DNA of 64,000 nt from Octopus sinensis (Eukaryota): NCBI RefSeq assembly GCF_006345805.1, contig NC_042999.1:131936001-132000000 (forward strand), read 5' to 3'. Below the pieces are notes generated by a model. The model saw only the letters and a program-made list of their open reading frames with translations, made no database searches and was not told the DNA's origin. Shown here piece after piece: positions 11,852 through 24,715 of the stretch. The position numbers were made by a program, and so were the translations under genes. Each line of letters starts with the position of its first letter. Positions within the stretch are counted from its first letter, which is position 1.

Positions 11852-12320
11852 TTGAGTGTGAGAGCAATGCATGCCATCAAAGTGACACTGAGGTAAAATA
11901 TACAAAGCCCAGTATATCTAATCATTACTGCCTACCCGATAAGAGTACACAAGGCACATAGATCAAAACCATATGTATGCAACATGATGATCTCATATCA
12001 AGATAAACAACGCATGATCTTACAGGTGGAGCCCAGTTAGAATTTTCTTAAGGTCAGGTAACTCATCCCACTCAAAAGGTCCTTGAATAAGGCTTGTTTA
12101 AGGATATTGAATGAAATATCTATGTTTCCAGAGACGAATTATTCAAACTCCAAAGAATTCCTCTCAACACATGGCTATGATGCTCCCCTGATACTTCTAC
12201 TTGTGATCAGACATGCACATATCATCAACATCTTGGGACATGCTTGATTGGTTATGGTCAAACAACTGACTAGTAAATCTGTGGTATTAAGCAGAATGTT
12301 TGCTGTAGCCCATATTATTA
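11852..12320 (-). mobile_element. Repeat E, copy 2
   Basis: Same sequence as copy 1, with internal deletions. Confidence 0.7.
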
Positions 12321-12555
12321 TTAGTATATGGTGGCGAGCTGGTAGAATCGTTAGCACACTAAGCGAAATGCTTAGTGGTATTTCGTTGCTGCTACGTTCT
12401 GAGTTCAAATTCTTCTGAAGTTGCTTTTGCCTTTCATTCTTTTGGGGTTGATAAATTAAGTACCAGGGAAACACTGGGATCGATTTTATCAACTAGTCCC
12501 TTCCCCCAAAATTTCAAGCCTTGTGCCTATAGTAGAAAGGATTATTACTATTATT

Positions 12556-14725
12556 GAGTGAGAAACAGTGCATGCCATCAAAGTGATACCGGGGTAAAAT
12601 ATACGAAACCCAATATAATACCTATCATAACTACCCATTTGATAAGGGTACACCAGGCACATGTATCACAACCATATGTGCATCACATGGTGATCTCATA
12701 TCAAGATAAACAGCGCATGACCTTGCAGGTGGAGCCCAGTTAGAATTTTCTTCAGGTCGAGTAACCCATCCTGCTCAAAACGTCCCTGAATAAGGGTTGT
12801 TTAAAGATGTTGAATGAAACACCCATGTTTCTAAAGCTGAATTATCAAAACCCTAAAGAATTCCTTTCAACACATGGCTATGATGCTCCCCAACTACTTC
12901 TGCTCATGGTCAGAGATGCACATATCGTCAGCCACTCAGGGACATGCTCAACTGGTTACGGTCAAACTGACAAGCAAATCTGTGATATTAAGCAGAATAT
13001 TTGTTGTAGCCCATCTTTCATACTAAGACAAAACATGATACTTAAAAACTGCAAGGCACAATTGTCGAAACCCCTTTACATGATATGGAGGGAATCTATG
13101 GAGAATGGCAAAATACCAAATACATATAAAGAAGCACACATAACTCCAATACATAAAGGGGATAGCAAATCAAAACCAAAGAACTACCGACCAATCTCAC
13201 TGACATCACACATTATCAAGGTCTTCGAAAGAATAGTTCGTGGAAAACTGGTTGAGTTCCTGGAATCCAACAATCTGATGAATTGCAACCAGCATGGATT
13301 CAGGTTAGGTAGATCATGCCTTTCCCAACTACTGGCACACCATGACCAAATCCTAGAAAATCTAGAGAATGGATACAACACAGATGTTATCTACCTCGAC
13401 TTTGCCAAGGCATTTGACAAGGTAGATCATGGCATCCTGGGTCACAAACTTCGAAAGCTAGGAGTAGGAGGAAAAGTTGGTACATGGATATAAACGAGTT
13501 CCTTACAAATAGAACTCAAACAGTCACTGTGAATGGAACCCATTCAACACCATCACCTGTGACCAGCAGTGTTCCTCAGGGTACAGTACTCGGCCCAATC
13601 CTGTTTCTCATCCTCATCTCTGACATAGATGAAGATACAACCAGCAACGTCTCATCCTTTGCTGATGACACCAGGGTCATGAGACAAATCAAAGACGAGG
13701 TGGATACAGAGGCCTTACAAAAGGACCTGACCACCATATATAAATGGCAGGAAACAAACAACATGTTGTTCAATGATAAGAAGTTTGAACTAATTCGCTA
13801 CGGAACAGATCAAGATCTGAAAAATACAACAAACTACAGAAACCCATCAGGACAACAAATAATGGAAAAACAGTATGTGAAAGATTTAGGCATCCACATG
13901 GGAACCACCTAAAATTCAGAGAACACCTTGACTCAGTCTGTCTTACTGCAAGAAAGTACAGCGGGTGGATCTTGCGCACCTTCAAATCAAGAGATACCTC
14001 AACAATGAAAACCCTCTGGAACAGTATGATACTTCCGAGGATGACTACTGTTCTCAGTTGTGGTCACCAACAACAAAGGGCCAACTATCTAAGATAGAAT
14101 CGCTCCAAAGAAATTTTACCTCATACTTCTCAGAAACGAGGGACCTGGACTATTGGCAAAGACTCAAAACCTTGAGGATGTACTCAATAGAAAGAAGATT
14201 TGAGCGATACCGAATTATATACATTTGGAAAATGATAGAGCAGAAGGTGCCAAACTTTGGTATCAAAACCTACCACTCACTGCGCCACGGAAGACGCTGC
14301 CAGCTGCCACCAATCAACAAAAAGGCTGGCCAGGCAGCAAAACCCTGCGAGAATCAAGTCTGTTGGTTCGAGGAGCACAACTGTTCAACTCCATTCCGGT
14401 ACATGTCAGAAATCTATCAGGATGCAGTGTGGAATCATTCAAATTGCAACTGGATAGATACTTAAGCACCATTAGAGATGAACCCCATCTCCCAGGATAT
14501 ACACAACGAGCACAAACTGACTCAAACTCGCTCCTACACATGTCAAATTTAAGCAGAGAATACAACCTGGCAACCACACCAGACTCTGAGGGTGGAGTCT
14601 TCGACTTGGCCTGAGCATGGACTCAAACCCAAATGAAATGAAATGAAATGAAATGAAAACAATGTACATGAAAAAACTCCCAATCAAAGATCAGGAGCCA
14701 CTGCTTGGTATTGCATCAGGGCATT
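12556..14725 (-). mobile_element. Repeat E, copy 3, interrupted by a CR1/L2-group LINE
   Basis: E runs 12556-~13036 and resumes at ~14656 (AAAACAATGTACATGA...GCATCAGGGCAT). Confidence 0.7.
13040..14655 (+). mobile_element. 5'-truncated CR1/L2-group LINE (RT pseudogene)
   Basis: RT motifs NYRPISLTS, QHGFRLGRSC, YLDFAKAFDKVDH, VPQGTVLGPILF, SFADD, KDLGI, LFNSIP..VRNL. Several frameshifts. (TGAAA)n tail at ~14631-14655. Confidence 0.9.
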
Positions 14726-14729
14726 TTTT

Positions 14730-14730
14730 T

Positions 14731-14780
<50 letters not shown>

Positions 14781-14782
14781 AT

Positions 14783-14864
<82 letters not shown>
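14730..14864. repeat. Compound (TAC)n-(TAT)n microsatellite
   Basis: Direct reading of the sequence. Confidence 0.97.
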
Positions 14865-14866
<2 letters not shown>

Positions 14867-15367
14867 TTAAACAATATGTTCTTTTTTCTCTGCTGTAAAG
14901 TAGCTAAAATTTCTCATTTTCATTTTAACTTCTTCAAGACTGTTCTCAACATGTGATAGCATTAAAAATCCTCACTACAAAGACTCTTGCACTGTTCGGC
15001 CATGTTATAATATAAAGACACGAAGATAACTGATTGTCTTTTGTTCACCATAACAATATAGAACAACGTTTCCACAGATATGATAGCAGGTTATTCATCT
15101 GTCCAATATTCAATTGACTTTTATATTACCATTTCTGTTATCTAATTTCTTCCAGCCATTCATACCATTCAACAGTAGAATTTATCTTGGTTTACTTCCG
15201 TTTCATTCCACTGATTAGAAAGCAATATCATTAGCAATTTAAAGTACATTGGCAAACATTCCAAGGAATATTAGGATTTCTTTCAATTTCTGTCAAGCCT
15301 TATGGAGTCCAATGTCTACAACATATCCAGAATATATTTCTGATAATTACCCCCACTCTACACTGTG

Positions 15368-15414
<47 letters not shown>

Positions 15415-15639
15415 ACAAACGTATTCTATTTTTTTTTATTGTTTTTGCTTGTAAATCTACTGAAGTAATTTCAAGAAAAGCAACGTTACCTGATGATAAT
15501 CAGTCCAATTACATTTGTCTTTGTAATTGTCAGATATTTCTCCATATTTAAAAGTCTTATTGATGATTACATTTTCTGCCTTGCTAATTCCATATTTTTA
15601 TTCATTCATTCATTTATTCATTTATTCTTGATTTGTTAA

Positions 15640-16020
15640 GTGAGACGTTTTGAGCAGTTTTACCGTGGCTGTGTCAATAACCTTTACAATAACTCTTCCA
15701 GACTGGTCAGAATGATGCTGTTTGAACATCTATAGTTTCATATCAGTAAGAAAAGAATTGCTGGGAATATACTTGTGGAGAAGAAAGATTAGGCCTAGTG
15801 TTTTATTGCTAGGTTTGAGAAAAGGGAAGATGGATGGATGCGGGGAACCAATATGCAGCTGGCTATTTCAGAAGAGAAGAGACTAATGTAGTAGCCATAG
15901 AAAAGGCAGAGAGAAGAGACAGCATGTTTGGGAGTTAGATTTATATGTTACCATTGAAGGTTGTTCTTAAGGTTATTCATTGTTATAGAGACAATGTATG
16001 TATGCAGTAAGAAGGTATTT
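15640..16020 (-). mobile_element. Degenerate CR1/Jockey-like LINE 3' fragment
   Basis: Minus strand gives HAVSSLCLFYGYYISLFSSEIASCI, similar to RRNVASLSIFYRYFHANCSSELANCM of this group. Probable further pieces at ~16660-17050 and ~17330-17570. Confidence 0.5.
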
Positions 16021-16039
16021 AGGTTGTGGGCAGATGATA

Positions 16040-16660
16040 ATTTATCTTTTATTTGTTTCAGTCATTAGACTGAGACCATGCTGCGGCACTGTCTTAACCC
16101 TTTAGTGTTCAGAATACTCTGTTAAATGTAATACTTTTTCACTCAAATTGTTTTGAATTAATCAAGCATTATCTTATAGCTTTGAGGTTTCAATGATGTG
16201 ATTGCTTATTTTCAGAATGGCATTGTAGGTTAGGAGTGAGAGGCTAGATATCGCCAGTTTGAATATAAAACATGTAGAATATATTGGGCCGGATTTGGCC
16301 AGTTTAAACACTAAAGGGTTAAAGGATTTTTAGTTGAACGAATTGACCCCAGCACCATTTTTTTTTAAGGCTGGTACTTATTCTTTCGATCTCCTTTGTC
16401 AAACTGCTAAGTTATGGAGACGTAATCACACTAACACCATACTAACACTGGTTATCAAGTGGTGGTGGGGTGGGGGACAAACAGATACACAAAGACACAC
16501 ACACACACATGACTGGCTTCTGTCAGTTTCCATCCACCAAATTCACTCACAAGGCTTTGGTTGGCCTGAGAATATAGTAAAAGACACTTGCTCAAGATGC
16601 CACACAGTGGAACTGAACCCAGAACCATGAGGTTGGGAAGCAAACTTCTTACCACACAGC
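16040..16660 (-). mobile_element. SINE A (minus) with a nested MITE
   Basis: Reverse complement of family A head (16560-16660) and tail (16040-16093, 16323-16400). Confidence 0.8.
16094..16322. mobile_element. TTAA-flanked MITE, family 1 (~225 bp)
   Basis: Perfect TTAACCCTTTAGTGTT ... AACACTAAAGGGTTAA ends. The uninterrupted SINE site has a single TTAA (compare ~420 GCCTTAAAGGG), so TTAA is duplicated. Relatives at ~29470, 37815, 38475, 40445, 54856, 63759. Confidence 0.85.
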
Positions 16661-17064
16661 CACACCATGATGATGAAAAGTTCGCATGGGAGTACGTGTT
16701 GTTGAAAGTGATACTAATTAGATCTTTAATGAGGAGGATGAAGAATGTGCTGAGATTGAAGGGTGGGGAATATGAGGAAGTGGAATTTGAGCAGAGTTAT
16801 GTTGAGAGGTGAATTGTAGAGTTGCAAGCGACACAGGCAGCAAATATAATTGCTGCTAATAGAACGATTTTGGTTGAGAAGTAATGGGTAAGAGGAGGAT
16901 CCTGTAAAGTCAGGGACCCTCTTGGCAAGGAATCAGAAGGCTCTGTTGCAATTTGCTAGATGGGAATGCTTGCAAGTTACATGGCATATATTTGCTCATT
17001 TGATTGTAGACTTGCAGATGTTGCAATGAAGTGAAAAGCCTTGTAGTTGTCTTTTTTTAGTTTC

Positions 17065-17295
17065 CTTCTTGAGTTATGCCAACTCATAAGGGCTAGTTTC
17101 CATAACATATAAACTCCCCACCCAGATAGGACGCCGGTCAGTTGTAGGATTACTCATTTTTGCCAGCTGAGTGAACTGGAGCAACATGAAATGAAGTGTT
17201 TTGCTCAAGAACACTTGTCACCCAGTCCAGGAATCAAAATCACAATCCTACGATCATGAGTCCAACACTCTAACCACTAAGCCACGCGCCTCCAC
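17065..17295 (-). mobile_element. tRNA-derived SINE, family D
   Basis: Reverse complement of TGGCTTAGTGGTTAG head plus TTCTTGAGCAAAACACTTCATTTCATGTTGCTCCAGTTCACTCAGCTGG central block. Confidence 0.75.
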
Positions 17296-18019
17296 TCCTT
17301 GTAGCCGGTAGTGGCAACTGACTTATAGACAGTGGTTTTGCCCTTACTTCTGCCGCCTATAGCTTTAGATTAACTGTTTTAGTGTTATGATTGAGATAGG
17401 AATGTGTAGGGACATGCCCAGGATAATAGCTGAAAGAGGTTAGGGTTAAAACACATTTTTTACCTAAGGTAGTTACTGTAGAAGTGACTGAAGTTTAACC
17501 AGTTAGCTGATTTGAACTGCAAAGGGTCAGGGATAGCATGTGATAGGAAGAAGTGCAATGTGTTGCCTCAAGTATCCAATGATTGATGGTCCAGTGAGCA
17601 AAGAGACACATTTGGAGTATACTTCAGAGTCAACTGACCATTGGCCCAATGAACCAATGACAGCCTTGGTAGTGGTTCATCTTGCTAAAAATAGCAGCTG
17701 AATCTTTTTCAATCTAGCTATACCCTACTGTCTTTAAACAATAAGGGATACATTAGATATTGTAGTTTTAAATGCCCAATGTCCAAGGGAAGGATTGGAT
17801 GTTTGTAACTGGAATACATTTGATGAAAGGTCTTCTAAGTCAGGACTGACCTGAGGCTTAAACAGAGTATTGAGATGGTGCATACTCATTCAACTAACTG
17901 CCTCTGCAGTAAACTATTGACATAGCTTGCCCTGCATAGCATTGATTTGGAATATGATCTTGTAGTTGCAACAGTAGGCTCTTTCATCTCTCACTGTCTG
18001 TTTGTCTGTCTGTCTCACT

Positions 18020-18575
18020 CCTTGTTCCTCTCTGACACTGTTTACAGAAGTGCTTGGAAGGAATGTGTATAGCATGTGATCATTGCATTGACCATGACAG
18101 AGAAAGTTGCCATGGTGATACCTGCTCAGAAGCCTAAGCAAAGTTGCAGAAAATATATGGAGAGGAGGGCATGAGCTGCACACAAATGTGCAAGTGGTTC
18201 AGACATTTCCAAAATGGCCTAAAAAAGGCCGATAGTGACAAACGTTCTGGAAGACCCACAACCAGCAGAACTGAGAAAAACATCACAGATGTGCATGCAG
18301 CTGTGAAGGGAAATTGTCTAATCACCATCCGTAAGTTATCAGAGTATGTGCAGATTAGTTATGGTTCAGTTCAGTCCTTTATCACTGAAGATTTGGGTAT
18401 GAGACACTCTGGTGTGCACGTGCACTAAGTTGGGTATGAGACACGTGTCTCATACCCAACTTAGTGCATGTGCACACCAGAGTTCAAGGTCAACCTGTGT
18501 CAAGTGGCTTCACTCTGCATGCTTTACCTTTTTTACTATGGCAAACATCTGGATACTTATTGATCAGACCACATG
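18020..18575 (+). mobile_element. Internally deleted mariner-like transposon remnant
   Basis: 18144-18410 encodes the mariner N-terminal HTH region (LQKIYGEEGMSCTQMCKWFRHF...DKRSGRPTTSRTEKNI...ISYGSVQSFITEDLGMR). Right-TIR-like GGATACTTATTGATCAGACC at ~18551-18570. No DDD catalytic domain. Confidence 0.82.
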
Positions 18576-18994
18576 TGTATGTATTTGTGTGTGTACTGAC
18601 ACACACATTCAAATATACATGTAAAAATTTCCTTTCTTTTAAGCTTTATTCTTTTATTTTTGCCTGCAGCAATATATCATGTTGATACCTACTAGTGAGT
18701 GAGATCTACAACACTTGATTTACTTTCTTCCTCCCAGCTATTACCTTCACAGTTGACCTCATTGTTATTGATGTTACATATTTTTGAAAACTTATGTATG
18801 ATGTTTGCGCATTAGCTTTTGTAAGGGGATAAAATTGTTTTGGGTTTTTTTTTGTTGTTGTTTTTTCAATAATAATGATAGTAGTGATAATAATATTTGA
18901 ATAGCATTTCAACTTAGAACATGAGGAGCCGGAAGAAATACCACTATGTATTTTGTCCAACATGGTAACAATTCTGCTGACTTGCCTTCTTCAT

Positions 18995-19205
18995 CGTCAT
19001 CATCATCATCATCGTTTAACGTCCGTTTTCTGTGCTAGCACGGGTTGGACGGTTCCACTGGGGTCTGGGAAGCCAGGAGGCTGCACCAGGCTCCAGTCTG
19101 ATCTGGCAGTGTTTCTACAGCTGGATGCCCTTCCTAACGCCAACCACTCCGTGAATGTAGTGAGTGCTTTTTACGTGCCACCAGCACAGGGCAATGGCAC
19201 GTAAA
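18995..19205 (-). mobile_element. Short element identical in type to the RTE 3' UTR
   Basis: Reverse complement of GGTGGCACGTAAAAAGCAC...GGAAGGGCATCCAGC...CCGTCCAACCCGTGCTAGC...GGACGTTAAACGATGATG; same sequence as 5455-5648. Confidence 0.9.
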
Positions 19206-20154
19206 AAGGCCTGAAATTTCAGGGAGGGAGCTAGTTGATTACATCAGTCCAGTGCTCAACTTGATACCTATTTCATTGATCCTGAAAGGATGAAAGGCAA
19301 AGCCAACCTCAGCAGAGTTTGAACTCAGTCTGTAAGGCCAGACAAGATTTTGCTAAGCATTTTGTCTGGCATGCTAACACATTGCTATAAAAACTAGAAG
19401 AAATAATGATCCTTTCTACTTTAGGCACAAGGCCTGTAGATTGATTCCAGTGCTTAACCGGTGCTTATTTCATTGAGCCTGAAAAAACGAAAGGCAAAGT
19501 TGACAGAGCTATGTGATTAGGAAGCAAGTTTCTTACCACACAGCCTCACCTTGCATACATGTATTTCAACATTAACTGATTTCATCAGTGCAATATTGGA
19601 TCTTAGTATTAAGTTAATTTAAGGTGGCAAGCTGGCATAATCGTTAGCACACCAGACAAATGCTTAGCAGTATTTTGTCCATCTTTACATTCTGAATTCA
19701 AATTCCACCAAGATTGGACTTTGCCTTTCATCCTTTTGGAGTCAATAAAATAAATACCAGTTGAACTCTGGGGTTGATGTAATTAACTTACCCTCCTCCA
19801 AAGTTGCTGGTTTTGTCCCAGAATTTCAAGTTAGTATTAAATTAATTTACTTATGGAAATCAGATTAGTTTTTCCTATTGGAGAGGGAGGGGGAGGATGG
19901 GGAGAGAGAGAGTGGTGGGAGTGATTACTGTACTTATGCAAAGCATACGTGTAAAGATTTCTTTTATCTCTTGGTTATCATTGTAACTATGCTTCATATG
20001 TGTATATCTTCTTAACAAACACAGTATACATTCAATTCGCTACTTTCTCCATCTGGCTACTGCCACTACCACACTGCACCCTACTAACAGCTAGCTTACT
20101 GCCTTGAACAACAACAGCAACAATAATAATAATAATAATAATAACAATAAGAAG

Positions 20155-20520
20155 AAGAGCACTCAGAGAGCGCAAACCTCCACCAAGGCAATATCAATGT
20201 CCTCTCAATGATTAGCCAGAGATGATTTTTAAAATGAGAATAACTGAAATAAACTCGACTGCTCTCACAAATGAGAATACTAAAAATGAACCCGACTGCT
20301 CTCAAAAATTAAGTAAATAAAAAACAGGAAAAATAATCCAGAATCCTTGTCTTGTACCGGATCAATCCCAAATTCTAATCAGTTCATGCCAGGCATGAGG
20401 CCAAACATCCCTGACAGTTTCATCCAAATCCATTCTGTGGTTCTTGAGATATCTTGTCTACGGACAAGTAAACAAACACGACTGAAACAATACCTCCGCC
20501 TGAGCGAAGGCGGAGGTAAT
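20155..20520 (+). mobile_element. Helentron-associated (HINE/pearl-like) non-autonomous element, copy 1
   Basis: AAGAGCACTCAG start, subterminal AACCTCCACCAAGG, and a 3' hairpin TACCTCCGCCT-gagcga-AGGCGGAGGTA (20491-20518). Lies in a (TAA)n tract. Confidence 0.55.
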
Positions 20521-20734
20521 AATAATCCTTTCTGCTACAGACACACGACCTGAAATTTTGAGGGAGGGGGCTAGTCGATTACATCAACCCCAGTGTGTAA
20601 CTGGTACTTATCCTATTGACCCTGAAAGGATGAAAGGCAAAGTTGACTCCAGTGGAATGTGAACACAAAATGTGAAGATGGACAAAATACCGCTAAAATG
20701 CCTGGCTTCTTAATGATTTTTCCAGCTTGTTGCC

Positions 20735-20788
<54 letters not shown>

Positions 20789-21120
20789 GTTTCAAATTTT
20801 GCCACAAGGGCAACAATTTGGGGGAAGGATTTAAGTCAATAACATCAACCCTAGCATACATCTGGTACTTATTTTATCAACCCCGAAAGGATGAAAGGCA
20901 AAGTCGGCTTCGGTTGAATTTGAACTCAGAATGTAGCAACAAATGAAATACTGCTAAGCATTTCGCCTGGTGTGCTAATGATTCTACCAGGTAAAAGGAC
21001 GAAAGGTAAAATCAACCTCGGTAGCATTTGAACTAAGAACATGAAGATGAACAAAATACTGCTAAGCATTTTGCCTGACATGCTATCTATTCTGCCAGCT
21101 TGCTGCCTTAATAATAATAA

Positions 21121-21155
<35 letters not shown>

Positions 21156-21290
21156 ATTGTCATCATCATCATCATCCTTTCTACTATAGGCATAATTTGA
21201 ACTCAGAATGTAGCAACAGGCAAAATACCACTAAGCATTTCATTTAGTGTGGTAACAATTCAGCCATCTGGCCACCTTAATAATAATAAC

Positions 21291-21653
21291 AAGAGCACTC
21301 AGCACAAACCTCCACCAAGCCAACAACAACGTTCTCTCAATGATTAGCTAGAGATGATTTTTAAAATGAGATTATTTTAAATAAACTCGACTGCTTTCAC
21401 AAACAAGAATACTAAAAATGAACCTGACTGCTCTCAAAAATTAAGTAAAAAAAAAAAACAGGAAAAATAATCCAGAAACCTTGTCCAATACTGGATCGAT
21501 CCCAAAATTTAATCAGTTTGTGCCAGTCATGAGGCCAAACATCCCTGAAAGTATCATCCGTATCCATCAAGTGGTTCTTGAGATATCTTGTCCACGGACA
21601 AACTAACAAACGACTGAAAATAATACCTCCGCCTTAGCGAAGGCGGAGGTAAT
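21291..21653 (+). mobile_element. HINE-like element, copy 2
   Basis: Same body as copy 1; 12-bp hairpin TACCTCCGCCTT-agcg-AAGGCGGAGGTA (21624-21651). Confidence 0.55.
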
Positions 21654-22927
21654 AATCCTTTTTATTAAGAGACAAAGGGGCTGAAAATTTGAGGAGGGGG
21701 GGTAGAAATAATCATCACCAAATCTCCATGTCCACAATATTATATTTTATCTTACCACTGTAGCCTCAGCCACTGTGCTCTGGCCTTCACCTCACTAACT
21801 ATAGCCACTACTATAGCTACTACCACACCTCTGCAGCCACTCCACCACAGCTCCCACAGCCACTACCAAGCTAGTACAATTGTCAATACTGATGTTATTT
21901 GTACTTTCTATGGTCATCCTCTCATTATTATGTAGCTTCTACTACACTATTGCTGCTGTTACCACAGTATCATAGTCACTGATTGCCATCCCCACACCAT
22001 TAGAGGTGCTCTAACACTACTCCCACAACCATTACCACTACATAAGCTACTATGACATTACTATGGCCACTCCCTAATTGTTATAGCTACTCCCACTCTA
22101 CTCCTGCAGCCATCATCACTATATAAGCCACTACCAGATTAATGCAACCACCCCACCCCACCCCGACCATTGTAGCTACACCCACACTACTCCTACAATT
22201 ACCATCACTATAGATAGTAACATAGCACTGCAGCTATTACCCCCTCCCCCCATCTCATTACGAAGTACAGCATGCCTTCAACTGTCAGCTCACCAATATA
22301 GACACTAACTCACCTCACTATTACAACCAATACCACTTTTCGGAGCTGTCACAATACTACAACACTAGCCACTACATTAGTACAGGCATTACCATTTCAG
22401 CTACCTCAGAACTAGGAACATTCCTTGTGTGTGTGTGTGTGTGTGTGTTTAGTAATTAGCAGGAGTTACTGAATGACTCAGAGGGCATGAATTTTGTGTT
22501 TTGGCACTTAACAAACTTCCATTAGTGACAACACACAAAACTCTTGGCCTTTGAGTCACTCTGTTATTTCTGCTCATTATTAATATTGATAGTAAAAATA
22601 TTATATGCTCGTGTTTTAAATTCTACTTCCGTTTGCATTTGCTCTAGATGATATGTATGTATATAAAATATATATGAGTGTGTGTGTGTGTATTGATATA
22701 TATACCATTGGTGGTTGTTGTATTGGGTGTGGCAGCACACCTAGTGCCACCAAATTTTAAGCAGAGGTATAACAAAAGTTTTCTATTAAGATTTGTGATT
22801 AAATTAGTGAGTGAGGTTAGTATTTATAAAGAATTTGCCATCTTCAATGGGTGTGCAGTGCACACCTAGTGCACGCGGAATATACACCCTTGATATATAC
22901 ATATATATTTGTGTGTGTATGTATATA

Positions 22928-23470
22928 TCATCATCATCATCATCATTTAGCGTCCGTTTTCCATGCTAGCATGGGTTGGACGGTTCTACTGGGGTCTGTG
23001 AAGCCAGAAGGCTTCATCAGGCCCAGTCAAATCTGGCAGTGTTTCTACGGCTGGATGCCCTTCCTAACGCCAACCACTCCGTGAGTGTAGTGGGTGCTTT
23101 TTACGTGCCACCCGCACTGGTGCCAGACAGAGCTGGCAAACGGCCACGAACGGATGGTGCTTTTTATGTGCCACCGGCACGAGGGCCAGGCGAGGCTGGC
23201 AACGGACACGAAACGGGGCGGTGCTGGCAACGGTCGCGAAACGGAAAGTTCTCTTACATGCCACCGGCACTGGTAACACATCTGCGATTTCCATTGATCG
23301 ATTTCGATTCTGATCCTCACTTGCCTCGATGGGTCTTCACAAGCAGAGTTTCGACATGCCACCGGCACTGGTAGCACATCCGCAATTTCCATTGATCGAT
23401 TTCGATTCTGATCCTCACTTGCCTCAACACGTCTTCACAAGTAGAGTTTTGTGTCCCAAGAAGGGAAGGT
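22928..23470 (-). mobile_element. Expanded RTE-3'-derived element with internal module duplications
   Basis: (CAT)n end, RTE 3' UTR, repeated TTTTTAYGTGCCACC modules, and a ~98-bp tandem duplication (~23262-23359 / ~23360-23445). Confidence 0.85.
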
Positions 23471-24049
23471 ATGCATACGTAGGCTGATATATTATTCCTT
23501 TATGTGTTCCAGCCCAATGGATGTGGCCATGCTGGGGCACAGCCATTTATATGTACCACAACAGTTCAGGCATAAACACAATACTTCTTCCCCTCACCAT
23601 TCTAGCCATTCTCCACTATATATTTACTAGCACACTATTTTAGCCAACACCATTATACTAGCCACTACAACACTTCTACAACCATTGCTACTGTAGCTAC
23701 TGGCCACAGTACTACAGCCTTGACCACTACAACTGCTAACACATCTCTCTCTCTCCTCTGTTTTTCTTTCTCCTTCTGCCTCTCTCTTACTATATATATA
23801 TATATATATATCATCATCATTGTTTAATATCCGTTTTCCATGTTAGCATGGGTTGGACAGTTTGACTGAGGTCTGGAAAGCCAGCAGCTGCTCCAGGCGC
23901 CAATCTGATCTGGCAATGTTTCTACAATTCAATGCCCTTCCTAACACCAACCACTCCAAGAGTTTACTTGATGCTTTTTACAGGAGCCAGTCAGGTGGCC
24001 CTGGCATTAATCATGTTCAGATAGTGCTTTTTATGTGCCACTTATATAT

Positions 24050-24065
24050 ATGTGTGTATGTATAT

Positions 24066-24117
<52 letters not shown>

Positions 24118-24230
24118 GTACATATGTATATATATATGTGTGTGTGTATATATGTGTATGTATATGTGTGTGTGTATATATGTGTGTGTATATGTATTTG
24201 TGTGTATATATCTGTGTGTGTGTCTTTGTG
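24050..24230. repeat. (TA)n/(TG)n compound microsatellite
   Basis: Direct reading; source of several spurious ORFs. Confidence 0.95.
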
Positions 24231-24642
24231 TCTGTGTTTGTTCCCCCACCATCATCTGACAACCAGTGCTGGTGTGTTTTAACGTCCCCACAACTTAGCA
24301 GTTCAGCAAAAGAGACCAATAGAATAATTACTAGGTTTCAAAAGAAATATGTCCCAGTATAGATTTGTTCAACTGAAAAAGAAAAGAAAAAACCTTCAAG
24401 GCAGTGCTCCAGCATGGGCGTAGTCAAGTGACAAGAAACAAGTATACGATAGAGATAAAAGAATTGCAAGAAATATCGATACTTGTACAATAGTATAAAT
24501 TATACAAGCTTATTTAATACTGTACGGTTGATGGTACTGTGAAATAGGGGGCTGCCCAGTAAAACTAGCCTGTCAGCTGTGGGGATATGGAAGTTCCTGC
24601 TTGAAAATTAGTGCAAAACTTGTACCTGTGTTGTACACTATC

Positions 24643-24654
24643 CTCTCTCTCTCC

Positions 24655-24714
<60 letters not shown>
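24643..24714. repeat. (CT)n microsatellite
   Basis: Direct reading. Confidence 0.95.

Positions 24715-24715
<1 letters not shown>

Noticed and set aside
12807-13493. 228-aa ORF as an independent gene
   Set aside because: It is a chimera of repeat E sequence read into the truncated CR1/L2-group RT.
21710-22420. ACC/ACT-rich stretch suggesting a Thr/Pro-rich mucin-like exon (similar at ~23580, 31100, 40770)
   Set aside because: No long open frame on either strand; decayed trinucleotide repeat.
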